The notes under the pieces were generated by a model. The model saw only the letters and a program-made list of their open reading frames with translations. It ran no database searches and was not told where the DNA came from. A DNA stretch of 64,000 nucleotides from Candidatus Latescibacterota bacterium (lineage in GTDB: Bacteria; Latescibacterota; UBA2968). The DNA lies in the NCBI GenBank assembly GCA_965207885.1, contig OZ242311.1, forward strand, positions 4,512,001 through 4,576,000. The letters run 5' to 3'. Positions 40,680 to 50,135 of the stretch are shown here, piece by piece; position 1 is the first letter of the stretch, and the number at the start of each line of letters is the position of its first letter. The position numbers were made by a program, and so were the translations under genes.

Positions 40680-40973
40680 TTACCTTTCGTCTCTTTCTTC
40701 ACTCACGATCTTTGCCATAGACCCTTTGAACTTAGAAGTGATTCTAAGCACTTCCCTCATTGAAGCCGCGTCATCCGCAGTCTCTCGGCTCAAATCCAAT
40801 CCCCACAGGTCATCTTCATGCAGATCGCCCAATGGTTCCCGAGAATGATTGACTTCTTCAAGTTGCTTTTCAAGCCTTCGCTTAACTTCCTTCAGATCAT
40901 CGGGGGGAAGCTTACAGAGGGTATCAATGAGTTTTTCGAGGTTACGATCGGCGTCTTTGTCAATACCAGTCAT
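40680..40973 (-). CDS. Hypothetical, antitoxin-like small protein
   Basis: AGGAG SD; C-terminal SMAKIVSEERDER resembles VapB-type tails. Confidence 0.5.
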   Translation of the reverse strand: MTGIDKDADRNLEKLIDTLCKLPPDDLKEVKRRLEKQLEEVNHSREPLGDLHEDDLWGLDLSRETADDAASMREVLRITSKFKGSMAKIVSEERDER

Positions 40974-41411
40974 CTTTTCTCCTAAAAAATTTGGCAATGG
41001 CTTTATAGACCACCTTTAATACGATACCCTACTTCTGAAATGAAGCAACCAATAAACAAAAAGGATTCGCGCCAACAAGTAAATAGTTACTAACTCACGT
41101 TACGCAAGAACCACCACCACCTGGTCAAGCGGTACATATCTTTCACCTGACTGCCCATTCATGGCTCAAAATGTACCCTCTCGCCTTTCATCTGTGCCCT
41201 TCCCTGTTTTCACAAGGACATGCCTGAGGATTAAATTCAGGTTGTGAACAAGTGTGCAATACAGCATATTTAAAGCACAATGTAGTGTTCAGGCGTCTTG
41301 CCATGCCAATGCAACATCGCTCAATTCTGTGATAATTTCATTTTTGGCCTGATATTTGCTTTGTGTCTGACTGTCCCACGCACTCACCCCATCAGACGCG
41401 AGGCATATCAC

Positions 41412-42311
41412 ATGGCAGACATTGGCACCATATCCAAATACCTCATTCAACACTATCCCGACCACTTCACCCGCTTCGCCCTCGCGCGAGACGACGTCGA
41501 GGTCATTGAGATCATCGAAACAGAGCAACCCACGGTCAGAGCACGCCGCGGCGACAGCTTCATTCGCGTGCGAATCGATGGTCAGGAGGCATTAGTCCAC
41601 AACGAGTTTCAAACGACCGACAGCACCAATCCTCCCATGCCGCGTCGCATGGCGGGCTATATCGGATACGCCATTGAGCATCACGGTCTGCCGATCTATT
41701 CCAATGTCATCTACCTGCGTCCGAATGCGGGACAGAACGATCTGGGATATTACATTCAGGAGGTTCCCGGCTACGAAATCGCAATTCGGTATCGCGTGAT
41801 CAGACTGATCGAGATAGAAGGCCAACCCATCCTGAGCACGGGGCATTCGGGGCTGATCCCTTTCACGCCATTGATGAAACCACCTGAAGGGATGGCCTCT
41901 GATGCGTGGTTGCATCAGTGTATTCACACCGCTCGAACGCACCCCATCGCTCGGTCACCCAAAGCCGATTATCTGGCTGGGATGGTGGCGTTGAGCGAGT
42001 TGGTGTATGATTCTGAAACCATTTCTGCTGTTATTTTTCAGGAGGACATCATGGATCTCATCCGCGAATCATCACTTTTTCAACACCTGGCCCAACAAAG
42101 CAGAGAGGAAGCCAGAGAGGAAGGAGGCAGACAACGCGCCATTGAAGATCTCCTCGACGTGCTGGAGATTCGATTTGATATGCCCGAGACACACCCCCTA
42201 TCCACTCGCATTGCCGCCGCCATTGACGATTTACAACGCCTCAAGCAGTTGCTCCGTACGGCGGTCCAAGTGCCCAATCTCGACGCATTTCAGCGCGTAT
42301 TAGATGCATAA
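41412..42311 (+). CDS. Rpn/YhgA-like PD-(D/E)xK nuclease (recombination-promoting nuclease family)
   Basis: RGD...HNEFQT, MPRRMAGY, VIYL, C-terminal EEAREEG and LEIRF helical domain. Confidence 0.8.
   Translation: MADIGTISKYLIQHYPDHFTRFALARDDVEVIEIIETEQPTVRARRGDSFIRVRIDGQEALVHNEFQTTDSTNPPMPRRMAGYIGYAIEHHGLPIYSNVIYLRPNAGQNDLGYYIQEVPGYEIAIRYRVIRLIEIEGQPILSTGHSGLIPFTPLMKPPEGMASDAWLHQCIHTARTHPIARSPKADYLAGMVALSELVYDSETISAVIFQEDIMDLIRESSLFQHLAQQSREEAREEGGRQRAIEDLLDVLEIRFDMPETHPLSTRIAAAIDDLQRLKQLLRTAVQVPNLDAFQRVLDA
42051..42311 (+). CDS. Putative internally translated Rpn small C-terminal antitoxin (86 aa)
   Basis: In-frame AGGAGG-ACATC-ATG inside rpn. Confidence 0.6.
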   Translation: MDLIRESSLFQHLAQQSREEAREEGGRQRAIEDLLDVLEIRFDMPETHPLSTRIAAAIDDLQRLKQLLRTAVQVPNLDAFQRVLDA

Positions 42312-42370
42312 CGTGATTTCCATAAGCCTGACGAGGTACAGGGACACCGCTATAAAAATAGGAGGTGGTC

Positions 42371-42670
42371 ATGGACGTGAGTATAGAAGGCCTGGACAAA
42401 GAACAAGCTAATTTACGAGGAGAGTTCAATCAATTTGGTAAGCGGTTCGAGCGGTCACAATTAGAACCTGACAATACCCGGCGGGAATTGCTGGATGCAA
42501 TCAACGGGTTGCGGCAAGACAACAAGGGGCTGTCTGACCGTATGGATGCGGGGTTTTTAACGATGCGCCAGGAGTTTGGCACCGTTCATAAATGGATGTG
42601 GTCGTTCTTTGTCGCTGTGATTATAGCGTCGTGTGCTGTGGTCGGTCTGGTGACCAATTTGTTTGGGTAG
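42371..42670 (+). CDS. Coiled-coil protein with C-terminal TM helix
   Basis: AGGAGG SD, heptad-rich body, hydrophobic tail. Confidence 0.65.
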   Translation: MDVSIEGLDKEQANLRGEFNQFGKRFERSQLEPDNTRRELLDAINGLRQDNKGLSDRMDAGFLTMRQEFGTVHKWMWSFFVAVIIASCAVVGLVTNLFG

Positions 42671-42797
42671 CAGAAGAAGGCATAAAAATTGTGTGAGGCA
42701 ATTAGCCTCTCACGGCTTATTGGTTTGATATAACCCACAAAAACAAAAGATCGCCCCTTCCGAAGCGACCTCACGTCTTATCACCAATTTTGTTTGA

Positions 42798-43070
42798 TTA
42801 ATTCTGACCACTTAAAAATTTGTGGATTTTCCAACAATCCTCTTCGGTGATATAATCCAATAATAATTCTTTACCTTTGCTCATTCTCATCTGATCAAAC
42901 ATGCTAAAATCCCTTCGTATTTTCAAGACTTCTGTACGGCTGTTGTATTTATACCAGCCAATTACGTATAGCCTATCTATGTACGACTCTAATAAAACTC
43001 TTTTGAATAGATCACCGTTAATTACAGGGTTTGATATTCTGCCTAATTTGTCGCGTTCATAGTTTTTCAT
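42798..43070 (-). CDS. Hypothetical protein (low GC)
   Basis: AAGGA SD, 90 aa ORF. Confidence 0.5.
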   Translation of the reverse strand: MKNYERDKLGRISNPVINGDLFKRVLLESYIDRLYVIGWYKYNSRTEVLKIRRDFSMFDQMRMSKGKELLLDYITEEDCWKIHKFLSGQN

Positions 43071-43089
43071 AATTTTTCCTTTGAACGTG

Positions 43090-43121
43090 GTAGGATGGGC
43101 GAAATGGCACTCTGCCCATCC
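43090..43121. repeat. GTAG-type REP-like palindrome
   Basis: GTAGGATGGGC...GCCCATCC. Confidence 0.55.
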
Positions 43122-43204
43122 ACTAAATTTGTTGCTAAAATATAATAGGTAAATGTGTTGTTATTCGCAAGAGGAAGGCACAAGATTTTCATTCTTCAAA
43201 ACTT

Positions 43205-43650
43205 CTATATAACTTCTACGGTGATACTCGAATCAATAGACCTGATCTGTCTGGCTATATTGTTCAAATCCGATAGCCAAATTTCCCCGTTCTCAAATCT
43301 AACTTTGGAGATATAAGATGCCCCTAAGTAGAAATTTGAATTCTTCCGTGCAAGATTCGCAATCCAAGTTCCTTTGGTTGAATATAGATAGTTTCTACTG
43401 GGGTTGTTGGGGTCGTACATTCTTGTAAAAGTGCTCATATCTGTAACCGCGTAGCCACTTTCTCTGTTCATAAACTCGTTGAAGACGTTGAAGGAGAGTA
43501 GATTTATTTTTACTGCCACTACTTTCTGTGGTGATATATTGAGAAATGCAACTTTGTGATGAATCTCGTCTCTGCTGTAATTTCCTAATATGTGAGCTTC
43601 TTTGCACTCTGCCTCGTATTGAACAATCTTAATAGGAGAGTTGGGCTGAT
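43205..43650 (-). pseudogene. Hypothetical protein, 5'-truncated by IS3
   Basis: Open frame runs into the IS3 inverted repeat; its apparent start lies inside the IS. Confidence 0.55.
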
Positions 43651-43655
43651 TGGAG

Positions 43656-44507
43656 TTACCCCGTTTTAGTGGATAGTGTAGAACTTTCAACCCCGTCACC
43701 TTTTGCCATCAGTTTTTCATAGGTGATGGGCGATTGGTACCTGATCGCAGAGTGTCTGCGGTGTGGGTTATACCACCCTTCAATATACTCGAAGATAGAC
43801 AGTTTGGCCTGATTATGATTGGGGAAGCTATGCCGGTCTATCAACTCGCATTCAAGGGTAGCAAAGAAGCTTTCACACAAGGCATTGTCAAAGCAATCGC
43901 CAACCGATCCGACAGAGGGTTTGACCCCCATTCTTGCACAGCGTTGACCAAAGGCATAAGAGGTATATTGAGCGCCTTGATCTGAATGATGGATGACCCC
44001 ATCTGGTCGTCGGTTCCAAAGTGCCATATCCAAGGCATCTAAGACCAGTTGGGTCTTCAGATGCGAGGCCATTGCCCAACCAACTACGCGTCTGGAGAAG
44101 GCGTCGAGAACAACAGAGAGATACAAAAAGCCAGACCAGGTTTTTATGTAGGTAATATCAGCGACCCACAGCTTGTTGGGCTTATCAACCCTAAAGTCTC
44201 GCTTAACCAGATCAGGGGCTTTCTCGTCTGTGATAGACCGGTATGTAGTCAGGATACCTTTTCTTCGGCTCACACCACATATATTGGCTTGTCGCATCAG
44301 TCTTGCGACCCGTTTCTTGCTGATGTGGACACCTACTTCGCGCAGATCCTGAAAGATACGCGGTGCGCCATAGGTTCCATTAGAACGCTGATGAAAGGTG
44401 CTTATTTGTTCTGTTAACTTTTCATCGTCCTTTGCCCGTTTAGATAAAGGTCTATTACACCAGGCATAATACCCACTGGTGGAGACACCCAGCACGCGGC
44501 ATAGCAT
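43656..44507 (-). CDS. IS3 transposase OrfB (DDE integrase core)
   Basis: WVADITY, HHSDQGAQY, DNALCESFF. Confidence 0.95.
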   Translation of the reverse strand: MLCRVLGVSTSGYYAWCNRPLSKRAKDDEKLTEQISTFHQRSNGTYGAPRIFQDLREVGVHISKKRVARLMRQANICGVSRRKGILTTYRSITDEKAPDLVKRDFRVDKPNKLWVADITYIKTWSGFLYLSVVLDAFSRRVVGWAMASHLKTQLVLDALDMALWNRRPDGVIHHSDQGAQYTSYAFGQRCARMGVKPSVGSVGDCFDNALCESFFATLECELIDRHSFPNHNQAKLSIFEYIEGWYNPHRRHSAIRYQSPITYEKLMAKGDGVESSTLSTKTG

Positions 44508-44536
44508 GGTGATCGGATGGATGGCCTGATGCGCCT

Positions 44537-44848
44537 TTATGTATCTGAAGATTTTGGGGGTATCGCATCGGTCTCCGCTGCGAACCAGGCCGCGGCTTTT
44601 GCAAGGATCTCACGCTCTTGACGCAAGCGTTTATTTTCTTTGCGAAGCCGCTGAAGTTCTTCTCGCTCACGACTGGTCAACCCATCGTCCCGACGGCCTT
44701 CATCGCGGTCTGCTTGACGCACCCAGGCACTGATCGTCTGAGCGGTCGGCTCAAACTCTTTGGCCAAATCGCTGGCACTACGGCCTGATCTGACCAGCGC
44801 GACCATTTGCTGGCGAAATGCTGATGGATATGATCTTTTTCTTCCCAT
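44537..44848 (-). CDS. IS3 transposase OrfA
   Basis: HTH, ELQRLRKENKRLRQEREILAKAAAWFA. Confidence 0.95.
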   Translation of the reverse strand: MGRKRSYPSAFRQQMVALVRSGRSASDLAKEFEPTAQTISAWVRQADRDEGRRDDGLTSREREELQRLRKENKRLRQEREILAKAAAWFAAETDAIPPKSSDT

Positions 44849-44903
44849 TGCGGACTCCTTTCTCTGAAAGAGATAAGTTGTCCACTAAAACGGGTCAAGT
44901 CCA

Positions 44904-45580
44904 TCCCTCAACTTGAAAGATTCCTCAATTAGATCGTGGATTGTTTGTTTGAGAATAGGCGGTGGATTGGGAATCGGAATGTGGTTCAGGTGCTCTGGTT
45001 CAATATGTTTAATAACCGCCCCATAGTTGTTGGTATTGATGATAGAACAGCCGATTCTTGATTTCAAAAAAGCGTAAATGAATCCATTATATTCTTTTGG
45101 CTCGATCCTAATTAAATCATGACTGAAGATGAGACTGTCCAAAGTATTCCGCACATAAGTACAATTTCCAATCGTACCGGAGCAAGTTAATAACACGTGT
45201 CCCTTTTTTACTCTCAAACCATCTACATCTGTTTGGGTTAACTCAGAAATATATGCAGATGGTTTGGGACAAAGCTCGTTAACCTGCGCTGGTTGATAAA
45301 TCGGAAATTCTGATTTATCTACATATATTCTTTTAAATCGTGGTCTATGATAAGCGTTAGCAAGCCCTTCTTCACCACACAAATGAACAACATCCCACTT
45401 GCACTGTTCTAAATCCTCCCTCGCTCGTCTGCCGTCGTTACTGTAAACACTCGCCTCTAAGCGGTAGTCTTGTTCAACGACTTCTCGAACACCAACTGCG
45501 GTCCATTTGAGACCTGTGTCAGAACTCTGGGTTTCTTCGCTTTCTACTATTCGTGTAGATGGATAGGGGCTCGCTACCAT
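44904..45580 (-). pseudogene. R-M specificity subunit (HsdS-like), 3'-truncated by IS3
   Basis: RLEASVY, LLTCSGTIG, HDLIRI, IPIP then IS boundary; only one TRD. Confidence 0.75.
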
Positions 45581-47673
45581 ACAATACCCTCCTGTTGTTT
45601 CCACTCTCTAAAAACAGGGGGAACGTCAAGGCTCTGGTCGTCAATGATACGGGTTTTGCTTTCGGGTTGATAGGTAACATCTCCCTTTGATGTTCTATCT
45701 ATTTCTAACACATTGGGGTCTTCAGGTACCCAGATTTCATTGCCGTATTTATCCCGTTTGAATAGCGTATTCCCTCGTTTGTCGTGACCGACTTTCTCTA
45801 CCATTGCCATAAAAATATTGTATAGCCTGATTTCTCCTGAGCGCAGTTCTATTTCCATTTCTCTTTGTGTCTTTTTTTGAACAATCAAGACCGATGTTTG
45901 AGTTCCGTTTCTAGGTTGAAAGGTATCGACATGCAAATCCACACTGGCAATAATTCTCGTTTTCTCAATCAACCACTGGCGAATATATCCAAGTCCAGGG
46001 TTGCCTAAAATGGAATCAGGCAACACAATAGCCAACCGTCCACCCGGCTTGAGGAATTGCAAACAACGTTCAATAAATAAGTGCTCTGGTGGTGCCGAAG
46101 ATTGAAAATCCGAAGAAATTGTCCAGCCTGTCTGTCCTCTTGTATCATATTGCTCATTACGCCAAATGTAGCCGATCTCAAATTGTCCAAGAATGTGGCT
46201 GTCCTTAATGGGGATTCTGCTTCCAAAGGGAGGGTTGGTGATAATGACATCAAAGAACTCAATTGTGTTGGGATTTTTGATACTATCCACCTCAATATTC
46301 AACGCTTCTGCCAACGGTTTTTTGAGATCTATTGACCATTCATGGGGCGGTAATAGAGAATCATTACGATAGATATTACCGCTGCCATCATTATTCATTA
46401 CCATATTCATTTTTGTGGCTTTAACCAAGTCAGGGTTGATGTCAAAGCCATAGAAGTTTGATGCTGCAATCTGTTTTATTCTGTCTCTAAAAATACTCTT
46501 TTCGCTATCTGACCATTCATCTTCTGGTTTACCAAAATCCTTTTCAACCTCAATTTTTAATTGTTCAATCACATGGCTCATTGCCATGACCAGAAAGCCG
46601 CCTGTGCCACAGGAAGTATCACAAATCTTTTCGTCAGGTTTTGGGTTAATCATTTCAACGGCCATACGCATGATATTTCTCGGTGTGAAAAATTCCCCTC
46701 TATCTCCTCTTAAATTTGCACCGACTAATTCCTCATACGCCTTACCTTTTACATCAACATGGGTTTCCAACAGACTATAGGATTGAAGTTCTGAAACAAT
46801 CCAGGCAAGCGAGCGGGGTTGCAACCTGATCTTGTCATTTGCTTCAAATATCTGTGGAAACTGCTTTTTAACTTTCTCAAAAATTTTAGAAATTCGATTT
46901 TTGACTGTTAATTGCCCATCTGGATTAGAACGTTCCTTTGATGTTGTGTAAAACTCAAGTGCCTTTCCCAAATTTTGCTCATCGAGTGTTTTGCAGAAGA
47001 TGAGCTTTAACAATTCGAAAAATGCAGGCTGCTTTTGCAGGCCATCCGTCACATAGATGTGATCATGGCAGGTCTTGAAAACCATCAAAAGATTGTCTTC
47101 ATAAGCTCTTTTTAATTTGTTGCGTTTGGGCCGGTCCACATCTTCTAAAGAGCCATCCGCAGGAGGAATATCGTTGTATTCCGGAAAATCGTATCGCCCT
47201 TCTATTTTTACTTTTCTCAATACTTCCCTATACTTGCCGTTTGTCCACATGCCCCACTCGCAATTGGGGCATGCACTCATGTAAGACTTGAGTTGTTCAA
47301 CACCGTCCTTATTATGTTTGGGCTCTATTCTTTCACTCTTGCATTCAACAATCAGCCAAACATGATCTTGGGTAAGCTCAGGACTGTCTTTGGAGAAGAC
47401 GACAATATCCGCACGAGGACGACGGGAGCCCAGTTTCAGGCCAAATTCTATTTTGATTTGTTCCGGCTTATATTTGTGCTCATTGACCAATCTTTTTTCG
47501 ATGGTCTGGCGGACGTATTCTTCCGGCGTATCTCTTCGGAATTTACCGTCAATATAATCACAGATTTTGCCATCTGGCACTTGTATGATTTTTCTTTCAG
47601 ACTTGGTAATCATTTTTTCTATCATGTGTTGACACATCCTATTTATTTGTTGTGATATTTCCTGTAGTTCCAT
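45574..47673 (-). CDS. Fused HsdR_N endonuclease / N6-adenine methyltransferase (BcgI-like alpha subunit)
   Basis: PEEYVRQ, ADIV...IVECK, GEFFTPR, DTSCGTGGF, NPPF. Confidence 0.88.
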   Translation of the reverse strand: MELQEISQQINRMCQHMIEKMITKSERKIIQVPDGKICDYIDGKFRRDTPEEYVRQTIEKRLVNEHKYKPEQIKIEFGLKLGSRRPRADIVVFSKDSPELTQDHVWLIVECKSERIEPKHNKDGVEQLKSYMSACPNCEWGMWTNGKYREVLRKVKIEGRYDFPEYNDIPPADGSLEDVDRPKRNKLKRAYEDNLLMVFKTCHDHIYVTDGLQKQPAFFELLKLIFCKTLDEQNLGKALEFYTTSKERSNPDGQLTVKNRISKIFEKVKKQFPQIFEANDKIRLQPRSLAWIVSELQSYSLLETHVDVKGKAYEELVGANLRGDRGEFFTPRNIMRMAVEMINPKPDEKICDTSCGTGGFLVMAMSHVIEQLKIEVEKDFGKPEDEWSDSEKSIFRDRIKQIAASNFYGFDINPDLVKATKMNMVMNNDGSGNIYRNDSLLPPHEWSIDLKKPLAEALNIEVDSIKNPNTIEFFDVIITNPPFGSRIPIKDSHILGQFEIGYIWRNEQYDTRGQTGWTISSDFQSSAPPEHLFIERCLQFLKPGGRLAIVLPDSILGNPGLGYIRQWLIEKTRIIASVDLHVDTFQPRNGTQTSVLIVQKKTQREMEIELRSGEIRLYNIFMAMVEKVGHDKRGNTLFKRDKYGNEIWVPEDPNVLEIDRTSKGDVTYQPESKTRIIDDQSLDVPPVFREWKQQEGIVW

Positions 47674-47802
47674 TCGTCTTTTTGGGTATGTATATCCCTA
47701 AGATTTTACCCTCCAGAGAATGTCCGATAGACTCCGTTTAGACGCAAAATAAGAAAACGGTTAGAACTAAACCAGCTAAAAGCTATCTGTGGCGTATATT
47801 TT

Positions 47803-48009
47803 TTAAATTTTTTTACTTGCTTTTCTCTGTTCCATTGCATCGTTGCTTATCTCAGCGACATTTCTATCGGGCCAGAGGTTTTGTTGCCATTCCGTATAAT
47901 CGAATAGCTCTCGCAAGATCAAGCTGATGAATTTTTCAGCTTCAATAATACCCAGAGCATCTACCAGCACACGTAGTCCATGTATTCGTATTTCAGTATC
48001 GGTTCTCAT
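47803..48009 (-). CDS. Small hypothetical, antitoxin-like
   Basis: MRTDTEIRIHGLRVLVDALGIIEAEKFISLI...FDYTEW, a pattern seen beside PIN toxins. Confidence 0.6.
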   Translation of the reverse strand: MRTDTEIRIHGLRVLVDALGIIEAEKFISLILRELFDYTEWQQNLWPDRNVAEISNDAMEQRKASKKI

Positions 48010-48069
48010 GTCTGAGTTTCTCGTTGCCAGACCGCCACGCTTACGCCGTACGTGACGGCTCAAAATCTT

Positions 48070-48122
48070 CTGGATTACTGGCGTTGTGCTTCGCGTGGCG
48101 GCTAAAACCCTGCCGCAATGAC
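48070..48122 (-). repeat. GTCAT-type REP-like palindrome with 21-nt insert
   Basis: Reverse complement GTCATTGCGGCAGGGTTTTAGCCGC[21 nt]AATCCAG. Confidence 0.65.
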
Positions 48123-48187
48123 GGTTACAACTCTATAAATGTATAATCTGCACCAAAGGTTATTAGATAAGAGCAATAGCACTTAAA

Positions 48188-49048
48188 TCAACTATCACCC
48201 AATAACTTCTGTGCGTTTTGATATGTTATTTTGTCGAACGTTTCTTTTGGCAGGTTCAGGCGCTGGAGATAATCCATCAGGCGCGTGTCAAAATAATCCC
48301 GTCCAAATAACAGGCTATCTTGAAAGTCGATCAGGAATTGCCTGCCAAATGCTTCGTCTCTACTGATTGCGGTGAGTCCCGATCCCGCGGAGAGGTCGGC
48401 GTATAGATTGTCGTATTTTTTGAGCATCTGGGGGACTTTGCCGCCCGGCTCAACCGGACCTGTGGGATAGGCTTCTTTGTCAAATTTGCCGTCGCCGGAA
48501 ATGTGTGCCCAGAATCCCGGGGCGTGGCCGATAAAGTTGGTTTCGGGACATGCAATAATCGCCCGTTCAAATGCTTCGATGCTGCCGCCATACCACCAGT
48601 TTGGTCGCGGGTAATCCCCGCGTCCGTGATCGATGGGGTAGTCGAGATGGATTGTGATTGGCAGGCCCATGTCACCACAGGCGTGATACAGTCTGATGGC
48701 ATCCGGATCGTCAAATACGACTCTGACCTTTAATTCGCTGGCAACCCGAATCCCGTGAATTTCTACGGCTGCTTTCAAGCGGTCAATTGCGTCGGGCCGC
48801 TTTGGGTGTGGCATGTATCCCAGTACAAATCGGTCGGGGGCTGTGCGCCCTACCTGTATCACGTCTTCGAGGGGGATGCACACGCCTGTTGGGGGCAATA
48901 CATTGTGATAACTGGGACTGTATTCGTCTTCTGGTGCTTCCCAGGAGAATAGCCATAGCTGGTCGATGTTTTGCTCGTCCATGTTTTTCAATATTTTTTC
49001 GGCGTTGAATCCGTGCCAGTTTGGGTGATTGTGCGCGTCGATTAACAT
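48188..49048 (-). CDS. Amidohydrolase_2 family protein
   Basis: IDAHNH, ELK, IHL, FIGH, FGRD. Confidence 0.85.
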   Translation of the reverse strand: MLIDAHNHPNWHGFNAEKILKNMDEQNIDQLWLFSWEAPEDEYSPSYHNVLPPTGVCIPLEDVIQVGRTAPDRFVLGYMPHPKRPDAIDRLKAAVEIHGIRVASELKVRVVFDDPDAIRLYHACGDMGLPITIHLDYPIDHGRGDYPRPNWWYGGSIEAFERAIIACPETNFIGHAPGFWAHISGDGKFDKEAYPTGPVEPGGKVPQMLKKYDNLYADLSAGSGLTAISRDEAFGRQFLIDFQDSLLFGRDYFDTRLMDYLQRLNLPKETFDKITYQNAQKLLGDS

Positions 49049-49060
49049 GTGAATCTCCTT

Positions 49061-50134
49061 TCAAACCAGATATGCGCCATCCCGGATGATTTGACGTGTC
49101 CTCCCAGTTGCTGAAATCAACATGAGTGACGCCACTTGTATCGGGCTGTCTTTGGCATAGACGATGTCTTCGTGAACAATATGTGCGGGGGATTTGAATT
49201 GTTCTGGCCCAATTGTGCCGCCGAGATGTTCGCTGCGTCCATAAGCCCAGTGAAAGCCCGCTTTTTCATCTTCTAAGACATTGCCCCAAACAACGGCTTT
49301 GGGGTTACATCCCAGGGCGAGTTCGGCGATGTTGCCGCGTATTGGATCTTCTTCGAAATAGGCTTTGAAGCTCGCGGCCTGTGTTGTTTTTCCCGCGACA
49401 TCTACGATCCGATTGTTTTCGACCCGAAATACGATGACGTCGCCATTATCACTGACGGGTATTTCGCCTTCCGTGCGACTCGGGTCGCCCTTTCTTTCTC
49501 CTTCATAGGGGACCTGGAAACTCTCTCCACTCGGCAAGTTGATGATGGGAAATGCCGAGTTTGCCTTTTCTCGGGGCAGTTGTCCGTCGTCTTTGTGGGC
49601 TTCTCCGTAGCGCAGGTCAACGGTCCATTTGTGGCCGGTTGAAAAAATAACCCGTGCGTATTCTGCTTCGGAGAGGGCGTCCATTAATATCTGGCAGCGG
49701 CGCGCCACTTCGGTATAATCCGCAGAGAGCGCGGTTTCTTCCATGCGGCGCGCAACGCCGGGCAATGATGCGGCGCGAAAATCATTGTGTGAACGCGCCC
49801 ACATAGATAGGGGTGCGGTGGCGGAGAATTGCGTGAGTGCATTTACTATTGTGGCTTGCGTCAGGCCGTCGCGCAAGGGGATGGGTTCGCCTTTGTCGAG
49901 GGGCAAATTGCCATTGTGCGCACCGGTCGCGGGAAAGGTGATGAGCGGCAGGACGTCGAAGCCAATCTGTTCGCCGAACGATACCCAGGCTGCACGCCAT
50001 TCGGCGGCCATTTCTCTGCGCTCGCGCCAGGTCTCGCTATCGCGCAGTTCACCGTGCGGGACGTCGGCAATGACGGCTACTGTTTCGTCGGGTTCGGGAT
50101 GAAATACATCTGTGAATAATTTGTGTAAGTCCAT
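49061..50134 (-). CDS. M29-like (thermophilic) aminopeptidase
   Basis: NLPSGE, NIAELALG, LEDEKAGFHWAYG, HED. Confidence 0.75.
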   Translation of the reverse strand: MDLHKLFTDVFHPEPDETVAVIADVPHGELRDSETWRERREMAAEWRAAWVSFGEQIGFDVLPLITFPATGAHNGNLPLDKGEPIPLRDGLTQATIVNALTQFSATAPLSMWARSHNDFRAASLPGVARRMEETALSADYTEVARRCQILMDALSEAEYARVIFSTGHKWTVDLRYGEAHKDDGQLPREKANSAFPIINLPSGESFQVPYEGERKGDPSRTEGEIPVSDNGDVIVFRVENNRIVDVAGKTTQAASFKAYFEEDPIRGNIAELALGCNPKAVVWGNVLEDEKAGFHWAYGRSEHLGGTIGPEQFKSPAHIVHEDIVYAKDSPIQVASLMLISATGRTRQIIRDGAYLV

Positions 50135-50135
50135 T

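Larger units (their letters stand above)
43651..44903 (-). mobile_element. IS3 family insertion sequence (1253 bp)
   Basis: TG...CA termini, imperfect IRs TGGAGTTACCCCGTTTTAGTGGA / TGGACTTGACCCGTTTTAGTGGA, orfA plus orfB. Confidence 0.95.

Noticed and set aside
40990-41400. Replication origin at the skew switch
   Set aside because: At most one degenerate DnaA-box-like 9-mer; no dnaA/dnaN/gidA context
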